Assembly: GCA_965212005.1 (NCBI GenBank)
Contig: OZ243038.1
Location: forward strand, 1,760,096 to 1,824,095
Direction of reading: 5' to 3'
Length of the DNA stretch: 64,000 bases
Origin: Candidatus Porifericomitaceae bacterium
GTDB lineage: Bacteria > Pseudomonadota > Gammaproteobacteria > Porifericomitales > Porifericomitaceae
In this document: in pieces, positions 10,877 through 21,426 of the stretch
How positions within the stretch are numbered: the stretch's first letter is position 1
Layout of the letters: every line of letters begins with the position of its first letter
The notes under the pieces: model-generated
What the model was told of the DNA's origin: nothing
What the model saw: only the letters and a program-made list of their open reading frames with translations
The model's database searches: none
Program-made: the position numbers and the translations under genes

Positions 10877-11761
10877 TTAACGAGCTAACACTTCGGCAAC
10901 GGTTTCGCCGATCCGCGCCGGCGTGGAGGCGACCCGCACCCCGCATTCCTGTAGGACCCCAACCTTCTCCTTCGCACTTTCTCCGTAGGCGGAAATGATC
11001 GCGCCGGCGTGTCCCATGCGGCGTCCCCTGGGCGCCGTCAGGCCGGCAATGTAGCCGATGACCGGCTTGCTCAGGTGCTCCCTGGCAAACAGCGCGGCTT
11101 CCGTTTCCTGGGGCCCGCCGATCTCTCCGATCATCACGATCGCCTTGGTTTCATCGTCTCGTTCGAACAGTTCCAGCATATTGAGGAAAGAACTTCCGTT
11201 AATCGGGTCGCCGCCGATGCCGACGCTGGTGGAAATGCCGATGCCGAGCGCCTTCATCTGCGCGGCGGCTTCATAGCCCAGGGTGCCGGAGCGGCTGACC
11301 ACGCCTACCTGTCCGGGCATGTAGATATGTCCAGGCATGATTCCCAGCATGGCTTTGCCGGGACTGATGGTGCCGGCGCAATTGGGCCCGGTCAGGATCA
11401 TTTTTTCTTCCTTGCGGTAGCGCCGCATGTAGCGTTTGACCCGGATCATGTCGTGGGCCGGAATGCCGTCTGTGATCGCTACGCAATACTTCAGTTTCGC
11501 GTCCGCCGCTTCCATAATCGAGTCTGCGGCGAAAGGGGCCGGCACAAAGATAATGCTGGCTTCGGCGCCGGTTTCCTCTTTTGCTTCCTTTACCGTGTTG
11601 AATACCGGCAGGTTCAGGTGTGTGGTGCCTCCTTTCCCCGGTGTTACGCCGCCGACTATCCGGCTGCCGTACTCGCTCATCTCGGTCGCGTGGAAGGTTC
11701 CAATCTGCCCGGTAAAGCCCTGGATCAGGATCTTGGTGTCTTTGTGAATCAGTATCGCCAT
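10877..11761 (-). CDS. mtkB: Malate--CoA ligase (malate thiokinase) alpha subunit, SucD-like
   Basis: QGFTGQIGTFH, GGVTPGKGG, ITDGIPAHDMIRVKRYMRRY (MtkB-like), GPNCAG, MGHAGA phospho-His; adjacent to mcl. Confidence 0.87.
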   Translation of the reverse strand: MAILIHKDTKILIQGFTGQIGTFHATEMSEYGSRIVGGVTPGKGGTTHLNLPVFNTVKEAKEETGAEASIIFVPAPFAADSIMEAADAKLKYCVAITDGIPAHDMIRVKRYMRRYRKEEKMILTGPNCAGTISPGKAMLGIMPGHIYMPGQVGVVSRSGTLGYEAAAQMKALGIGISTSVGIGGDPINGSSFLNMLELFERDDETKAIVMIGEIGGPQETEAALFAREHLSKPVIGYIAGLTAPRGRRMGHAGAIISAYGESAKEKVGVLQECGVRVASTPARIGETVAEVLAR

Positions 11762-11797
11762 GGTTCGGGTGCGCCTTGCTTTGTCTGTGCGGCGCGT

Positions 11798-12973
11798 TTA
11801 GTGGTCGGTGGCCTGCTTCCAGGCGGCAACTACCTTGTTGGCTGCTTCTTCCAGGGTGTCTGCCATGATCAGCGGCAGGCCGCTTTCCTTCAGGATCTGC
11901 TTTCCCTTTTCCACGTTGGTACCGGAGAGCCGGACTACCAGCGGAATCTGCACCTCGATCTTGCTCACTGCCTGCACAATGCCTTCCGCCACCCAGTCAC
12001 AGCGGTTGATGCCGGCAAAGATATTGATCAGCATCGCTTCCACGCTTTTATCGGAAAGGACGAGGTTGAAAGCCTTTTGCACCCGTTCCGGCGAAGCACC
12101 ACCGCCGATGTCGAGGAAGTTCGCCGGCTCGCCGCCGGCGTGCTTGATCATGTCCATCGTGGCCATGGCCAGTCCCGCGCCGTTGATCATGCAGCCGATA
12201 TTGCCTTCCAGTCCTACATAGTTCAGTCCCCGATCGTTGGCGTGCATCTCCCGCGGAGTCTCCTGGCTCTTGTCCCGCAGTTCGCAGATGCTGGGTCGGC
12301 GGAACAGTGCGTTGTCGTCGAAAGACATCTTGGCGTCCAGTGCGATGAGCCGGCCGTCGTTGGTCACGCCCAGCGGGTTGATCTCGACCATGGTGGCGTC
12401 AAGGTCACGAAGCGCCCGGTAACAGCCCAGGAAGCAAGTGACCGCCTGGCTGATCAGGGATTTGTCCAGGTTCAACTGAAACGCGATTTCCCTGGCTTCG
12501 AAAGACTGCATCCCGACAGCCGGTTCGATGGCCAGGCGAATAATCGAGTCCGGCTGCCGGGTGGCGATCTCCTCTACCTCCATGCCGCCCGCGGTGGACG
12601 CGATTGCCACCACGCGCTCCATGCTCCGGTCCAGCACCAGGCCGAGGTAGTACTCGTGCTGAAGGTTCATTGCGGCCTCAATATAGATGCGGTGGACGAT
12701 TCTCCCCTGCGGGCCGGTCTGCGGAGTCACCAGCCGTTTGCCCAGCAGGTCATTGGCTGTTTCCCAAATACCGTCGTCGTGTTCGCAGATGGAGATGCCT
12801 CCGGCTTTGCCGCGCGCGCCGGAATGAATTTGAGCCTTGACCATCCAGCGCTCGCCCCCGATCTCGCGCGCCCGGTAAACCGCCTGCTCGGGACTGTAGG
12901 CCAGCCCTCCGACGGGAACCGCCACGCCAAACTTCGACAGCAGCTCTTTTGCCTGATACTCGTGTATTTCCAC
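11798..12973 (-). CDS. mtkA: Malate--CoA ligase (malate thiokinase) beta subunit, SucC-like
   Basis: [58 protein letters not shown] (Mtk-type). Confidence 0.88.
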   Translation of the reverse strand: MEIHEYQAKELLSKFGVAVPVGGLAYSPEQAVYRAREIGGERWMVKAQIHSGARGKAGGISICEHDDGIWETANDLLGKRLVTPQTGPQGRIVHRIYIEAAMNLQHEYYLGLVLDRSMERVVAIASTAGGMEVEEIATRQPDSIIRLAIEPAVGMQSFEAREIAFQLNLDKSLISQAVTCFLGCYRALRDLDATMVEINPLGVTNDGRLIALDAKMSFDDNALFRRPSICELRDKSQETPREMHANDRGLNYVGLEGNIGCMINGAGLAMATMDMIKHAGGEPANFLDIGGGASPERVQKAFNLVLSDKSVEAMLINIFAGINRCDWVAEGIVQAVSKIEVQIPLVVRLSGTNVEKGKQILKESGLPLIMADTLEEAANKVVAAWKQATDH

Positions 12974-13028
12974 GCTAACTAACTCCCTGCGGCATGCGTC
13001 GCTCCAGGCCTGCCTTGAACGCCCGCCG

Positions 13029-13979
13029 CTATGCAGCCGCGCTTGTACTGGTGATCAGGTTCGCCTGCCGCACGACGTTGCGGGCCATCCGCTCCGAGGC
13101 GGCGTCGATCATTTTGCCGTCGATTTGGGCGGCGCCACGGCCCTCCCTGGCTGCCTGTTCCAGGGCTTGCAGGATGCGCCTTGCCCGGTCAATCTCGGCC
13201 GGCGGGGGTGACATGACTTCATTGGCCAGTTCGATCTGACTGGGGTGGATGGCCCATTTGCCCTCATACCCCAGCGTGGCAACGCGCCGGGCGGCGGCCC
13301 GGTAGCCTTCGGGGTCCTTGAAGTCGCCGAAGGGACCGTCGATCGCGCGTAATCCGTAAGCACGGCAGGCGATCAGCATGCGTTGCAAGCTGGCGTGCCA
13401 TTGATCTCCCGGGTAATCCGGATTCAACCCACCGATGTTAGTGGTGCGGGCGCGGCAACTGGCGGCAAAGTCGGCCACGCCGAAATGCAGTGCCTCCAGG
13501 CGTTTGCTGCAGCAGGCAATCGCTTCCACCTGGGCCATGCCCAGCGCGGTTTCGATTAATGCCTCCAGCCCGATCGGGCGTTCGACCCCGACGGCCTGCT
13601 CCACTTGGGTGAGGATGCACTCTACCGTATAGATATCGCTGGCAGTGCCCGCCTTGGGGATGAGGATGGTGTCGAGATGGTCCCCGGCTTGCTCCACGAC
13701 GTCCACTAAGTCGCGGTACATGTAGTGGGTATCGAGGCCGTTGATGCGCACACTGACGGTTTTATTATGTGCCTGCCAGTCAATCTCCCGCAGGGCCTGG
13801 ATCACCTGCTTGCGGGCGGTTTCCTTGTCATCCGGCGCCACTGCGTCCTCTAAGTCGAGAAAAACATAGTCTGCGGCGCTCTCGGCCGCCTTACGGAACA
13901 GGCTGGGGTTGGAACCGGGCACAGCCAGCTCGCTGCGCTGCAGGCGGGTCTGTACCGGTGTGTACTGGGTGAAACTCAT
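13029..13979 (-). CDS. mcl: Malyl-CoA lyase (CitE superfamily)
   Basis: MSFT...[56 protein letters not shown]. Confidence 0.92.
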   Translation of the reverse strand: MSFTQYTPVQTRLQRSELAVPGSNPSLFRKAAESAADYVFLDLEDAVAPDDKETARKQVIQALREIDWQAHNKTVSVRINGLDTHYMYRDLVDVVEQAGDHLDTILIPKAGTASDIYTVECILTQVEQAVGVERPIGLEALIETALGMAQVEAIACCSKRLEALHFGVADFAASCRARTTNIGGLNPDYPGDQWHASLQRMLIACRAYGLRAIDGPFGDFKDPEGYRAAARRVATLGYEGKWAIHPSQIELANEVMSPPPAEIDRARRILQALEQAAREGRGAAQIDGKMIDAASERMARNVVRQANLITSTSAAA

Positions 13980-13994
13980 GGCCTGGAGTCCGGG

Positions 13995-15176
13995 TCAGTT
14001 GCGTACCTGGGAGGCAGTCTGGCACAGGTATTTTTGCGCGGCGGCCACTCCGCTGCCGAGTTCCACCGGCAAGCCCAGGTCCTTCATGGCCATTTCCGCC
14101 CCGGCGATCGGGCTCAGCAGCATCAGTTCGTTGAGTTCGCCCAGGTGACCGATGCGGAAGGCTTTCCCGGCAATGTCCCCTAAGCTGACGCTGAGCGCCA
14201 GGTTGTAGTGCCGATAGGCGTGGCGCACGACGGCGTTGCCGTCAAAGCCTTCCGGCACGTAAATAGCGCTGACCGTGTCCGAGTGCCACTCGGGACCCCG
14301 GGCCACCAGTTTCAGCCCCCAGGCCTGCACGGCTTTGCGCACCGCGGTCGCCAGACGGGTATGCCGCCGGAAGACGTTTTCCAGTCCCTCTTCCAGGATC
14401 ATATCCACTGCCGCCCGCAGACCGCGCATCAGCGTGGTGGCGGGCGTATAGGGGAAGTAGCCGTTGTCGTTGGTTTTCATCATGTCCTCAAAGGAAAAAT
14501 AAGTGCGAGGCAGGCGAGCGCTCTTCATTGCCTCCAGGGCCTTCGGACTGGCGGCCAGGATGCCTAGCCCGGTGGGCAGCATCATGCCCTTTTGCGAGCC
14601 GCTGATCGCCAGGTCCACGCCCCATTCATCCATGCGGAAATCAATGCTGGCAATCGAACTGATGCCGTCCACGTACAGCATCGCCGGGTGGTTGGCGGCA
14701 TCCATCGCCTGGCGTACCTGGAGGATGTTGCTGGTTACGCCGGTGGCGGTTTCGTTGTGCGTGGCGAATACGCCCTTGATCTTCTTTTCCTTGTCTGCCC
14801 GGAGCAGTTCCGCATACTGTTCAACCGGAACTCCCTTGCCCCAGTCCACTTTGATGGCGTGCACGTCCAACCCGTGCCGCTGGCACAGATCGATCCACAG
14901 GTTGCTGAAATGACCGAAGCCCGACATCAATACTTTGTCGCCCGGAGACAAGGTATTGCTTACGGCAGCCTCCCAGGCCCCGGTGCCGGAAGACGGAAAG
15001 ATGAATATGCGCCCGTCCCGGGTCTTAAAGATTTTTTTCAGATCCCGAAACAGGGGCAGCGTGAATTCAGGGAAGTCCGTAGCGCGCATGTCCTCCTGGG
15101 GGCTTTGCATCGCACGCAGCACCCGTTCAGGAATATTGGTTGGGCCGGGAATAAAAAGAAAGTTTCGACCTGGCAT
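13995..15176 (-). CDS. sgaA: Serine--glyoxylate aminotransferase (class V PLP)
   Basis: MPGRNFLFIPGPTN, FPSSGTGAWEAA, HNETATGV, MDEWGVD, SGSQKG (PLP Lys), FPYTP; RBS GAGG before ATG 15176. Confidence 0.92.
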   Translation of the reverse strand: MPGRNFLFIPGPTNIPERVLRAMQSPQEDMRATDFPEFTLPLFRDLKKIFKTRDGRIFIFPSSGTGAWEAAVSNTLSPGDKVLMSGFGHFSNLWIDLCQRHGLDVHAIKVDWGKGVPVEQYAELLRADKEKKIKGVFATHNETATGVTSNILQVRQAMDAANHPAMLYVDGISSIASIDFRMDEWGVDLAISGSQKGMMLPTGLGILAASPKALEAMKSARLPRTYFSFEDMMKTNDNGYFPYTPATTLMRGLRAAVDMILEEGLENVFRRHTRLATAVRKAVQAWGLKLVARGPEWHSDTVSAIYVPEGFDGNAVVRHAYRHYNLALSVSLGDIAGKAFRIGHLGELNELMLLSPIAGAEMAMKDLGLPVELGSGVAAAQKYLCQTASQVRN

Positions 15177-15637
15177 TGGAATCCTCGTTGTTGATTGCGC
15201 GACCAACCGGTATTTCGCGTCGCTTGATTAGGTTATTGCTATGAAGCCCGACACTGGTCCGACTGGATCAGAGTTTGCTTCTGACTGGCGGGCACTTCAT
15301 CTCCTGCCGTGACGCATGGTCATGGGCCGGATTGCCCATCGGTGCTGCCAGCCCCTTCTGTTACCTGGCAGCTGGATGACTACAGAGATTCTTAAACTGT
15401 CCCGCAGACCCTTTACGTTTTTGCTCTTAAAACGGGTACTTTGATACGCCGTTTGGATTTATTCTAGCACGGAAGATCACCCGCAGGTAGTCTGTATCCT
15501 GTCGGTCTGGGCTGCGGGAGCGCACTACCGCTATTATCCGTTGATAACTAAAGCATTTTCGCCTCCTTTGCGGGAACAAACGCGGCCCCGGGCCGCTTCC
15601 CCTGCCGGGCGGCTCAAGGGGGTCCGGGCCGGGGAAA

Positions 15638-17167
15638 TCAGCGACGAACACGCCTTCCCGGTCTGAACCGCGCCAGCCCGCACAACACCGCCGACAGCAG
15701 CGCGATGGCCCAGTCCCCCCAGCGAACATAGGGCGTTGTGCCCTGAAAGAGCGGTAACGAGGCGCGCAGCGTCTGCGGCTGGAATGGGCGGCTTTGTTGC
15801 AGCAGGCGTCCCTTGGGATCGATCACGGCACTGATGCCGCTGTTAGTGGCGCGCAGCACGTATCGACCGGTCTCCAGGGCCCGCAGCCGGGTAATCTCCA
15901 AGTGCTGATGAGGACCGATGGAGTCTCCGAACCAGCCATCGTTGCTGACGTTAACCAGCAGCTTCGCCTGCGGCAGGGCGGCGATGAGTTCATTGCCGAA
16001 CACGGCTTCATAGCAGATTGCGGTGCCGATGCTGCCGAAGCCGAGTTGCAGCAGCGGTGGTCTTTCGCCGGGGCTGAATTGCGGTAGTGGCACTTGCAGG
16101 AACCGCATCACCGGCAGCAGCAGTTTGGGCAGCGGAACGTATTCGCCAAAAGGCACCAGGTGCCGCTTGTGGTAGACCCCCCCTCCCTGCCCCAGGTAAA
16201 GCAAGCTGTTATATAGGAGTTGCCTCTCTGCGTCCCATACCGGGATGCCCAGCAGGAATTCACTGCCGGCCTGTGTCGCCCATTCCTGCAGTTCATCCAG
16301 CAAGGGTTGTACTCGGTGCTGCACTGTTGGCAGCACAGATTCCGGCCATATCAGCAGATCCACTCCCCAGTGTGGCTCGGAGAGAGCGATGTAGTGCTGC
16401 GTGGTCTGCTCCAGTTGTTCCGTGTTCTGATCGAGCCGCAGAGGCAGTGCGCCCTGGATCAGCGCAACGGAGATCGACCGCGGCAGCGGCTGTGTCCAGT
16501 CATGGCGGCGCGCCCACTCTCCGCCGCCCCAGAGCAGCAGGCCCAGCAGCAGCAGCGGCAGGCAGTGCTTTCGGTGGCGGTACAGCCCGACCAGCAGTGC
16601 GGCGCTAACTACCAGCGCCCAGCTGCTGCCGTGCACGCCCAGCACGCTGGCCCAGCCGCCTAATGCGGAATCCACCTGGCTGTACCCCAGGCTGAGCCAG
16701 GGGAATCCGCTTAGCAGCCGGGCCCGCAGCAGTTCGGCCAGGACCCAGAGCGCGGGAGCCGCCAGCAGCAATGAGCGCAGCTCCTGGCGCGCAAACCAGC
16801 GCTGGTACAGCCATCCGGCCAGGGCCGGGTACAGGGCCAGCACTGCGGCCATCAGCAGGCCGAGTGCGTGCGCCAGCGCCGGATGCAGGCCGCCGTAGAG
16901 CTGCATGCTGATCTGCACCCAGCTGAGTCCGATGCTGAACATGCCGATGCCAAACAGCCAGCCGCGGAGCAGAGCGCGGCGTGCGCTGCCCTGCTGCCAC
17001 AGTGCCAGCAGCAGCGCCAGCAAGACCGGCGCCAGCATCCACAATCCGTAGGGAGCAAAGGCCAGCGGCATCATGGCGCCTGCCCCAAGGGCCGCCAGGT
17101 CGTACCCGGCTGCTTTCCAGTCTTTCACCAGGCGGTGCGATTCAAGGCCCTGCTCAAGGCCCTGCAA
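15638..17167 (-). CDS. lnt: Apolipoprotein N-acyltransferase
   Basis: Multi-TM N-terminus, GFPWLSLGYSQ, WPES, YHKRHLVPFGEY, ICYE, NDGWFG, RATNSGIS. Confidence 0.95.
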   Translation of the reverse strand: MQGLEQGLESHRLVKDWKAAGYDLAALGAGAMMPLAFAPYGLWMLAPVLLALLLALWQQGSARRALLRGWLFGIGMFSIGLSWVQISMQLYGGLHPALAHALGLLMAAVLALYPALAGWLYQRWFARQELRSLLLAAPALWVLAELLRARLLSGFPWLSLGYSQVDSALGGWASVLGVHGSSWALVVSAALLVGLYRHRKHCLPLLLLGLLLWGGGEWARRHDWTQPLPRSISVALIQGALPLRLDQNTEQLEQTTQHYIALSEPHWGVDLLIWPESVLPTVQHRVQPLLDELQEWATQAGSEFLLGIPVWDAERQLLYNSLLYLGQGGGVYHKRHLVPFGEYVPLPKLLLPVMRFLQVPLPQFSPGERPPLLQLGFGSIGTAICYEAVFGNELIAALPQAKLLVNVSNDGWFGDSIGPHQHLEITRLRALETGRYVLRATNSGISAVIDPKGRLLQQSRPFQPQTLRASLPLFQGTTPYVRWGDWAIALLSAVLCGLARFRPGRRVRR

Positions 17168-17343
17168 TGGAGGGATAGCTCATCGGATGGCGTCAATCAG
17201 GTGCAGGGACTTGCTTGCCTGTGGGGACAGAAAGATGGTGCGACCGCGCCTGTTGCAGGCGGCGGGGGCGCCAGGGGCGGTTCTGCCTAATCGTCGGTGG
17301 ATGACGGGAAGTACGGCGGACGGACGCAGGGTGGGCCGCGGGC

Positions 17344-18216
17344 TCAGGGTTGGGAGGCAGCCTGCCGCGTTCGGGTTGGCTTGGGCAGGTTCAGTTCGAC
17401 GAAATGGATGCGCTGCTTATCGGCCTGCAGGACGCGGAAATGCAGGTTATTCACCTTCAACTCCTCGTTAGCCTCCGGCACGTGACCCAGGTACTGAATG
17501 AGCATCCCGCCGATCGTGTCGTATTCCCCGTCCTCAAAATCGGTGTGAAAATGCTTGTTGAATTCCTCAATGGAGGTCAGGGCTTCCACCTCGTAGCGGT
17601 TCTTGCCCGTTTTGCGGATGCGTTCCTGGTATTCCGGATCATGCTCGTCTTCAATCTCCCCGACGATTTCTTCAATGATGTCCTCGATAGTGACCAGGCC
17701 GGCGGTACTGCCGTATTCATCCACGACGATTGCCATGTGATTGCGGTTGTGGCGAAACTCCCCCAGTAGCACGTTCAGCCGTTTGCTTTCCGGGACGAAC
17801 GGCGCGGGACGCATGGCATCCTTGATGTCAAACGTTCCCGGGTTCTCTGCCGAGACGTGGGCCAGCAGATCTTTTGCCAACAGGATCCCCTCTACCGAGT
17901 CGGTACGAGTCTGCCGCACCGGCAGGCGGGAATGCCCGGAGGATCGGGCCGTCTCCAGCAGGGCTTCCAGGGGTGCATCCTGCTGCACCATGACCATGTT
18001 GATGCGCGGGATCATGATGTCGCGGACCTGTTTGCGCGCCACCCGCAGCACGCCTTCGATCATGGTTAAGGTCTCTTGTCCGAGCAGGTCGCGGACTTCC
18101 GCGGTGTGCAGCAGCTTCAGCAACTCGGTCTGGTCCCGAAGTTGAGGCACGCCGGCCAGGGCTGTGATCAGCCGCGCCAGCCAGGAGGGTTGCTCCTCCT
18201 TTTGCGCAGAAGGCAT
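17344..18216 (-). CDS. corC: CBS-domain Mg/Co transport-associated protein CorC (YbeX)
   Basis: VRDIMIPR, GHSRLPV, VPESKRL, HMAIVVDEYG, TIEDIIEEIVGEIEDEHD. Confidence 0.93.
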   Translation of the reverse strand: MPSAQKEEQPSWLARLITALAGVPQLRDQTELLKLLHTAEVRDLLGQETLTMIEGVLRVARKQVRDIMIPRINMVMVQQDAPLEALLETARSSGHSRLPVRQTRTDSVEGILLAKDLLAHVSAENPGTFDIKDAMRPAPFVPESKRLNVLLGEFRHNRNHMAIVVDEYGSTAGLVTIEDIIEEIVGEIEDEHDPEYQERIRKTGKNRYEVEALTSIEEFNKHFHTDFEDGEYDTIGGMLIQYLGHVPEANEELKVNNLHFRVLQADKQRIHFVELNLPKPTRTRQAASQP

Positions 18217-18239
18217 GAAGGCTTGTTCCTGGGCGTCCT

Positions 18240-18689
18240 TTAGCGATAGGGGTTGGGAAATCCAAGCTGGTTCAGCAAGACGCTTTCCAGCTCCTGCATC
18301 CGCCGGGTTTCCGGTTCTTTCACGTGATCATGCCCGAGCAGGTGCAGGATCCCGTGCACGACCAGGTGGGCCCAGTGCGCGCGGTAGTCTTTTCCTTGTA
18401 ACCGGGCTTCCCGTTCCACTACCGGGGCGCAGATGACAACGTCTCCGAGCAGGCGCGGAACCGGGATGGGGAGGGGACCGGCCGGGAAGGCAAGCACGTT
18501 GGTGGCCCGCTTCTGGTTGCGCCAGCGCGCGTTCAGCCGCCTGCCTTCCTCTTCCCCCACGATGCGCACCGTGAGCTCAAGTGATCGCGGCTCCTTCGCC
18601 AGCACCCGTTGAGCCCACTGCCGTATCGCAATCGGGCCAGGCAGCCCGCGCCGCCCGGCGGCGTATTGTACCTGCACTTCAATGCTCAT
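18240..18689 (-). CDS. ybeY: rRNA maturation RNase YbeY
   Basis: TNVLAF, LGDVVIC, HLVVHGILHLLGHDH. Confidence 0.95.
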   Translation of the reverse strand: MSIEVQVQYAAGRRGLPGPIAIRQWAQRVLAKEPRSLELTVRIVGEEEGRRLNARWRNQKRATNVLAFPAGPLPIPVPRLLGDVVICAPVVEREARLQGKDYRAHWAHLVVHGILHLLGHDHVKEPETRRMQELESVLLNQLGFPNPYR

Positions 18690-19687
18690 TGATCTTCATC
18701 CGCGGCCGACTGCAGTTGCTCTTCGGCGTATGCGTCCAGGATAGAGCTGACCAGGGCATGGCGCACCGCGTCTGCGGGATGGAAGTAGGTAAAGCCGATT
18801 TTTTTCTGCTTGCGCAGGATCCGTACTGCGTGGTTCAGGCCGGACTGTCTGCCGGGAGGCAGATCGGTTTGCGTGACGTCCCCGGCGATCACCATCGTCG
18901 ATCCGAATCCCATCCGGGTAAGAAACATCTTCATCTGTTCCACGGTGGTATTTTGTGCTTCGTCCAGAATGATAAAAGACTCGTTTAAAGTGCGCCCGCG
19001 CATGAAAGCCAGGGGCAGCACCTCAATCATTCCGCGCTCCAGGTACTTGTCTGCTCGCTCCGGCCCGAGTACGGCGTGCAGCGCATCGTACAGCGGTCGC
19101 AGATAGGGATCCACCTTTTGCGCCAAGTCTCCGGGCAAAAAACCCAGTCGCTCCCCTGCCTCCAGGGCGGGACGCACCAGCACGATGCGCTGTACCCGCT
19201 CGCGCTCCAGTGCTTCTACCGCACAGGCCACGGCCAGGTAGGTTTTTCCGGTGCCGGCGGGTCCGATGCCGAAGCTGATGTCGTGGTTGCGAATGCTGCG
19301 CAGGTAGCTGCGCTGGTTGGCATTGCGGGGATGTACCGATCCCAGCGGCGTCTGTGCCAATGCCGGCGGTGGTTCAACGGCCCCTGTGGTTTGCCCCCGG
19401 CTTTTTTCTTTCAGCAGCAGGTGAATGTGCTCGGGGGAGCAATGCTGATCCTGCTCGGAGTGGTACAATTCGTGGATCACTTCACGGGTGATCTGCACCG
19501 GGCCGATTTCGCCCGTTACCCGAAAGTTGTTGCCGAAGTTGTAGATCTCCACGCCCAGGTGCTGCTCCACTTGGCGCAGATTGCGATTCATCGGGCCGCA
19601 CAGACGGACCAGCCGTTCCTTGTCCGCTGGATGCAACACCAGTTCGGCGGCGAACGGCGCTTTGCCTGCGGAGCGAGAAGCGCTCAA
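18686..19687 (-). CDS. ybeZ: PhoH family protein (YbeZ); start uncertain (ORF open to 19780)
   Basis: GPAGTGKTYLA, RPALEAGERLGFLPGD, AFMRGRTL, ILDEAQN, GDVTQTDL. Confidence 0.93.
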   Translation of the reverse strand: MSASRSAGKAPFAAELVLHPADKERLVRLCGPMNRNLRQVEQHLGVEIYNFGNNFRVTGEIGPVQITREVIHELYHSEQDQHCSPEHIHLLLKEKSRGQTTGAVEPPPALAQTPLGSVHPRNANQRSYLRSIRNHDISFGIGPAGTGKTYLAVACAVEALERERVQRIVLVRPALEAGERLGFLPGDLAQKVDPYLRPLYDALHAVLGPERADKYLERGMIEVLPLAFMRGRTLNESFIILDEAQNTTVEQMKMFLTRMGFGSTMVIAGDVTQTDLPPGRQSGLNHAVRILRKQKKIGFTYFHPADAVRHALVSSILDAYAEEQLQSAADEDQ

Positions 19688-19791
19688 AGGACCTCGCAAA
19701 CCTGGATAAAGCCGGCTGCCGCCCGAGCCCAAGCCCTTTTTGCCGCCAGAATATCGATGGTGATTTCTTTCCGCCCGCAATCGCGTGCTCG

Positions 19792-21177
19792 TTACGCCAC
19801 CTGCCGGGATGCGTGTTCCGGCGGGCCTGCGCCGGGCCTGCCTGGCGCGTCCGGTTGCGACTGCACTCCCCGCAGGGAATGGGACAGTGCTTCCGTAATC
19901 AAGACATCGGCAAACTGTCCGATCAGGCGCCCTGGCCCCTGGAAGTTCACCACCCGGTTATTCTCGGTACGCCCGCACAATTGCTCCGCGCCCTGGCGGG
20001 CAGAAGTTCCTTCCACCAGGATCCGCTGCACTTGTCCCACCATGGCGACCGAAACGGCTTTTGTTTGTTGTTCGATGAGCGTTTGCAGCCGGTCCAGGCG
20101 CTGCTTCTTTGTCTCTAGTGACTCTGGGTCCGGCAGCGCGGCGGCGGGCGTGCCGGGGCGCGGGCTATACAGGAAGCTGAAGGAGCGGTCAAAGCCCACC
20201 TCTTCTACCAGGCTCATCGTGCCGGCAAAATCCTGCTCGGTTTCCCCTGGAAAGCCGACGATAAAATCAGAGGAGACGTGAATTCCGGGACGCACCCGGC
20301 GCAGCCGCCGGATGCGAGCCTTATACTCCAGTGCCGTGTAGCCGCGCTTCATCAGGTGCAAAATCCGGTCCGATCCGCTTTGTACCGGCAGGTGCAGGTG
20401 ACTGACCAACTGCGGTACCCGCCCGTAAACGTCGATCAGCCGGTCATTGAATTCCAGCGGATGGGAGGTGGTGTAGCGGATTCGATCAATGCCGTCAATG
20501 ACCGCCATATACTCGATTAGAGCCGAGAGATCGGCACAGCCGCTGCCGTGCATGGGTCCCCGGTAGGCGTTCACATTTTGCCCGAGCAGCGTAACTTCGC
20601 GCACTCCCTGCTCCGCCAGTGCCGCGACCTCGGCCAGCACGTCGTCCAACGGGCGGCTGATTTCCTCCCCGCGGGTATAGGGAACCACGCAGAAGCTGCA
20701 ATACTTGCTGCAGCCCTCCATGATGGAGACGTAGGCGCAGGGCCGCCCGGAACGTGGTCGGGGCAGCCGGTCAAACTTCTCGATCTCAGGAAAGGAGACG
20801 TCGATGGCCCGCTGCCGCCGATGCGCCTGGTCCAGCAGTCGGGGTAGTCGATGCAGGGTCTGGGGACCGAAGATGAGGTCTACGTAGGGAGCCCGCTGCC
20901 AGATCGCGGCGCCCTCCTGGCTGGCAACGCAACCGCCAACGCCGATCACTAACTGCGGATGCTGCTGCTTCCAATTGCGCCAGCGTCCCAGCGTGGAGAA
21001 AACTTTCTCCTGCGCCTTCGATCGGATCGAACAGGTATTCAGCAGCAGAACTTGCGCCTCCTCAGGTTGCTCGGTCAGCTCCAGCCCGTGAGACTCGCGC
21101 AATACGTCCGCCATCCTGGCGGAGTCGTATTCGTTCATTTGGCACCCAAATGTTTTTATGTAGAGTTTTGCCCCCAT
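19792..21177 (-). CDS. miaB: tRNA i6A37 methylthiotransferase MiaB
   Basis: [25 protein letters not shown] radical-SAM motif, [20 protein letters not shown]-terminal TRAM. Confidence 0.97.
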   Translation of the reverse strand: MGAKLYIKTFGCQMNEYDSARMADVLRESHGLELTEQPEEAQVLLLNTCSIRSKAQEKVFSTLGRWRNWKQQHPQLVIGVGGCVASQEGAAIWQRAPYVDLIFGPQTLHRLPRLLDQAHRRQRAIDVSFPEIEKFDRLPRPRSGRPCAYVSIMEGCSKYCSFCVVPYTRGEEISRPLDDVLAEVAALAEQGVREVTLLGQNVNAYRGPMHGSGCADLSALIEYMAVIDGIDRIRYTTSHPLEFNDRLIDVYGRVPQLVSHLHLPVQSGSDRILHLMKRGYTALEYKARIRRLRRVRPGIHVSSDFIVGFPGETEQDFAGTMSLVEEVGFDRSFSFLYSPRPGTPAAALPDPESLETKKQRLDRLQTLIEQQTKAVSVAMVGQVQRILVEGTSARQGAEQLCGRTENNRVVNFQGPGRLIGQFADVLITEALSHSLRGVQSQPDAPGRPGAGPPEHASRQVA

Positions 21178-21426
21178 GTACCGTTTGTTTGTTAAAAGGG
21201 AGATCCCTGTGTAAGCTATCACGCCTTGACTGCTGTTTTCCAGTTCAGCGCGGATATTATACCATGCAGGCAGGCGCTTGGAGGCCCTCTGGAGCGGATT
21301 TCACCCAACAACTATGTTCCTCACCCAGTATAGTCGCGGCGCGTTTGCGCGGTGGTGCCGGGGGCGCAATGCACGGAAAAGTGCGATTCCGGCCCGCCAT
21401 AGTATTTCGGCTGCGCGGGGGGGCGG

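Noticed and set aside
10877-12973. Calling these genes TCA-cycle sucCD
   Set aside because: Mtk-type motifs and location between mcl and hpr/ppc favour malate thiokinase
11009-12982. 657-aa plus-strand ORF (and similar long antisense ORFs at 19076-20281, 33868-35451, 41330-42754)
   Set aside because: Shadow ORFs opposite well-supported genes, expected in high-GC DNA; no recognisable motifs
15270-15310. Glycine riboswitch-like words (GGAGA...GCAAACTCT) in the sgaA leader
   Set aside because: Conserved CCGAAG and CTCTCAGG elements and P1 pairing not found
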